Shown: positions 63,821 to 64,000 of the stretch, piece by piece | How positions within the stretch are numbered: the stretch's first letter is position 1 | Layout: every line of letters starts with the position of its first letter | Assembly: GCA_963840145.1 (NCBI GenBank) | Contig: CAWIXR010000007.1 | Span: 137,592 to 201,591, forward strand | Length of the DNA: 64,000 nucleotides | Direction: 5' to 3' | Origin: an uncultured Chloroflexia bacterium | GTDB lineage: Bacteria > Chloroflexota > Limnocylindria > QHBO01 | Notes under the pieces: model-generated | Told to the model about the DNA's origin: nothing | Database searches by the model: none | The model's input: only the letters and a program-made list of their open reading frames with translations | Made by a program: the position numbers and the translations under genes

Positions 63821-64000
63821 ATCCGACCTGGGCGGAGGGCCTCCCGTTCATCTACAACCAGGCCAACCTCTTCTTCGTCAATGTGCCGGCCGCGATGGCG
63901 CGCGTCGAGAGCGAGGGCCCGCCGGCCGGAGCCGATCAACGACCCCGGCGGCAACGTCGACGAGGAGCTGCCGCTGCCGGAGCGGTCGGTGCTGGCGCTG
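63799..64000 (+). CDS. continuation of the Rieske-type gene in shifted frames (partial, runs off the window)
   Basis: From 63799: TAEDIASLNPTWAEGLPFIYNQANLFFVNVPAAMARVESEGPPAG. From about 63929, back in the original frame: EPINDPGGNVDEELPLPERSVLAL. Both stretches have near-uniform G/C third positions. Confidence 0.55.

Noticed and set aside
1-64000. Mobile elements, prophage, defence islands (restriction-modification, toxin-antitoxin, CRISPR-Cas, CBASS-like) or rRNA operons.
   Set aside because: No transposase, integrase, recombinase, phage structural, cas, methyltransferase/endonuclease pair or rRNA-like sequence was recognised. Gene content and composition look uniformly chromosomal. The NERD-like and WYL genes are isolated and lack the partners expected of known defence systems.

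Overview
Very G+C-rich (about 70% by eye, not computed), gene-dense chromosomal segment from a Gram-positive-type bacterium, Actinomycetota- or Chloroflexota-like. Pointers to that lineage are the split cytochrome b6/subunit IV, the PT-rich linkers, LCP, PASTA kinase and GpgS. About 65 protein genes can be supported almost wall to wall, plus tRNA-Thr(CGU), tRNA-Glu(UUC) (both with encoded CCA) and one TPP riboswitch. I saw no rRNA, CRISPR array, transposase, integrase or phage genes, so this looks like core genome rather than an island.

Gene content in order:
- cca, deoC, galE
- a zupT-zur pair with a candidate operator
- a DEAD-box helicase
- a glucosylglycerate-type cluster: GT-A glycosyltransferase, USP-USP-GpgS fusion, GrpB, glycerate kinase
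- Nth-like glycosylase, LCP, L25/Ctc
- an MprAB/PepD-like response regulator, histidine kinase and HtrA module
- a Cys-rich ORF followed by folC-folP-folB
- trxA, a PASTA Ser/Thr kinase, galU
- an ATP-dependent DNA ligase, NERD-like protein, OsmC
- Ku plus a ligase-fold protein
- a four-gene minus-strand unit: HTH-GAF-GGDEF-degenerate HD-GYP, lipoprotein, WYL regulator, O-antigen-ligase/TPR
- ybaK
- a TPP-riboswitch-controlled thiamine salvage operon: TPK plus ykoEDC-type ECF transporter
- bcp, an SbcD/SbcC-like pair with a membrane hairpin, a PIG-L deacetylase, a class B PBP
- a GltD-like flavoprotein, cytochrome b6, subunit IV and Rieske operon that runs off the window end

Most unusual observations:
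1. A Ku-adjacent LigD-fold protein in which every catalytic residue is substituted.
2. An NAD(P)-type iron-sulfur flavoprotein translationally coupled to a Rieske/cytochrome b operon.
3. A tandem-USP::GpgS fusion.
4. A 12-Cys protein leading the folate operon.
5. Five apparent single-base frame breaks (cca, a tandem-domain gene, the Rieske gene).
6. galU with no canonical start codon available.
7. A recurring TAnnnT-6/8 nt-start codon arrangement that implies many leaderless mRNAs.

All functional calls come from motif recognition by eye. No searches were run.
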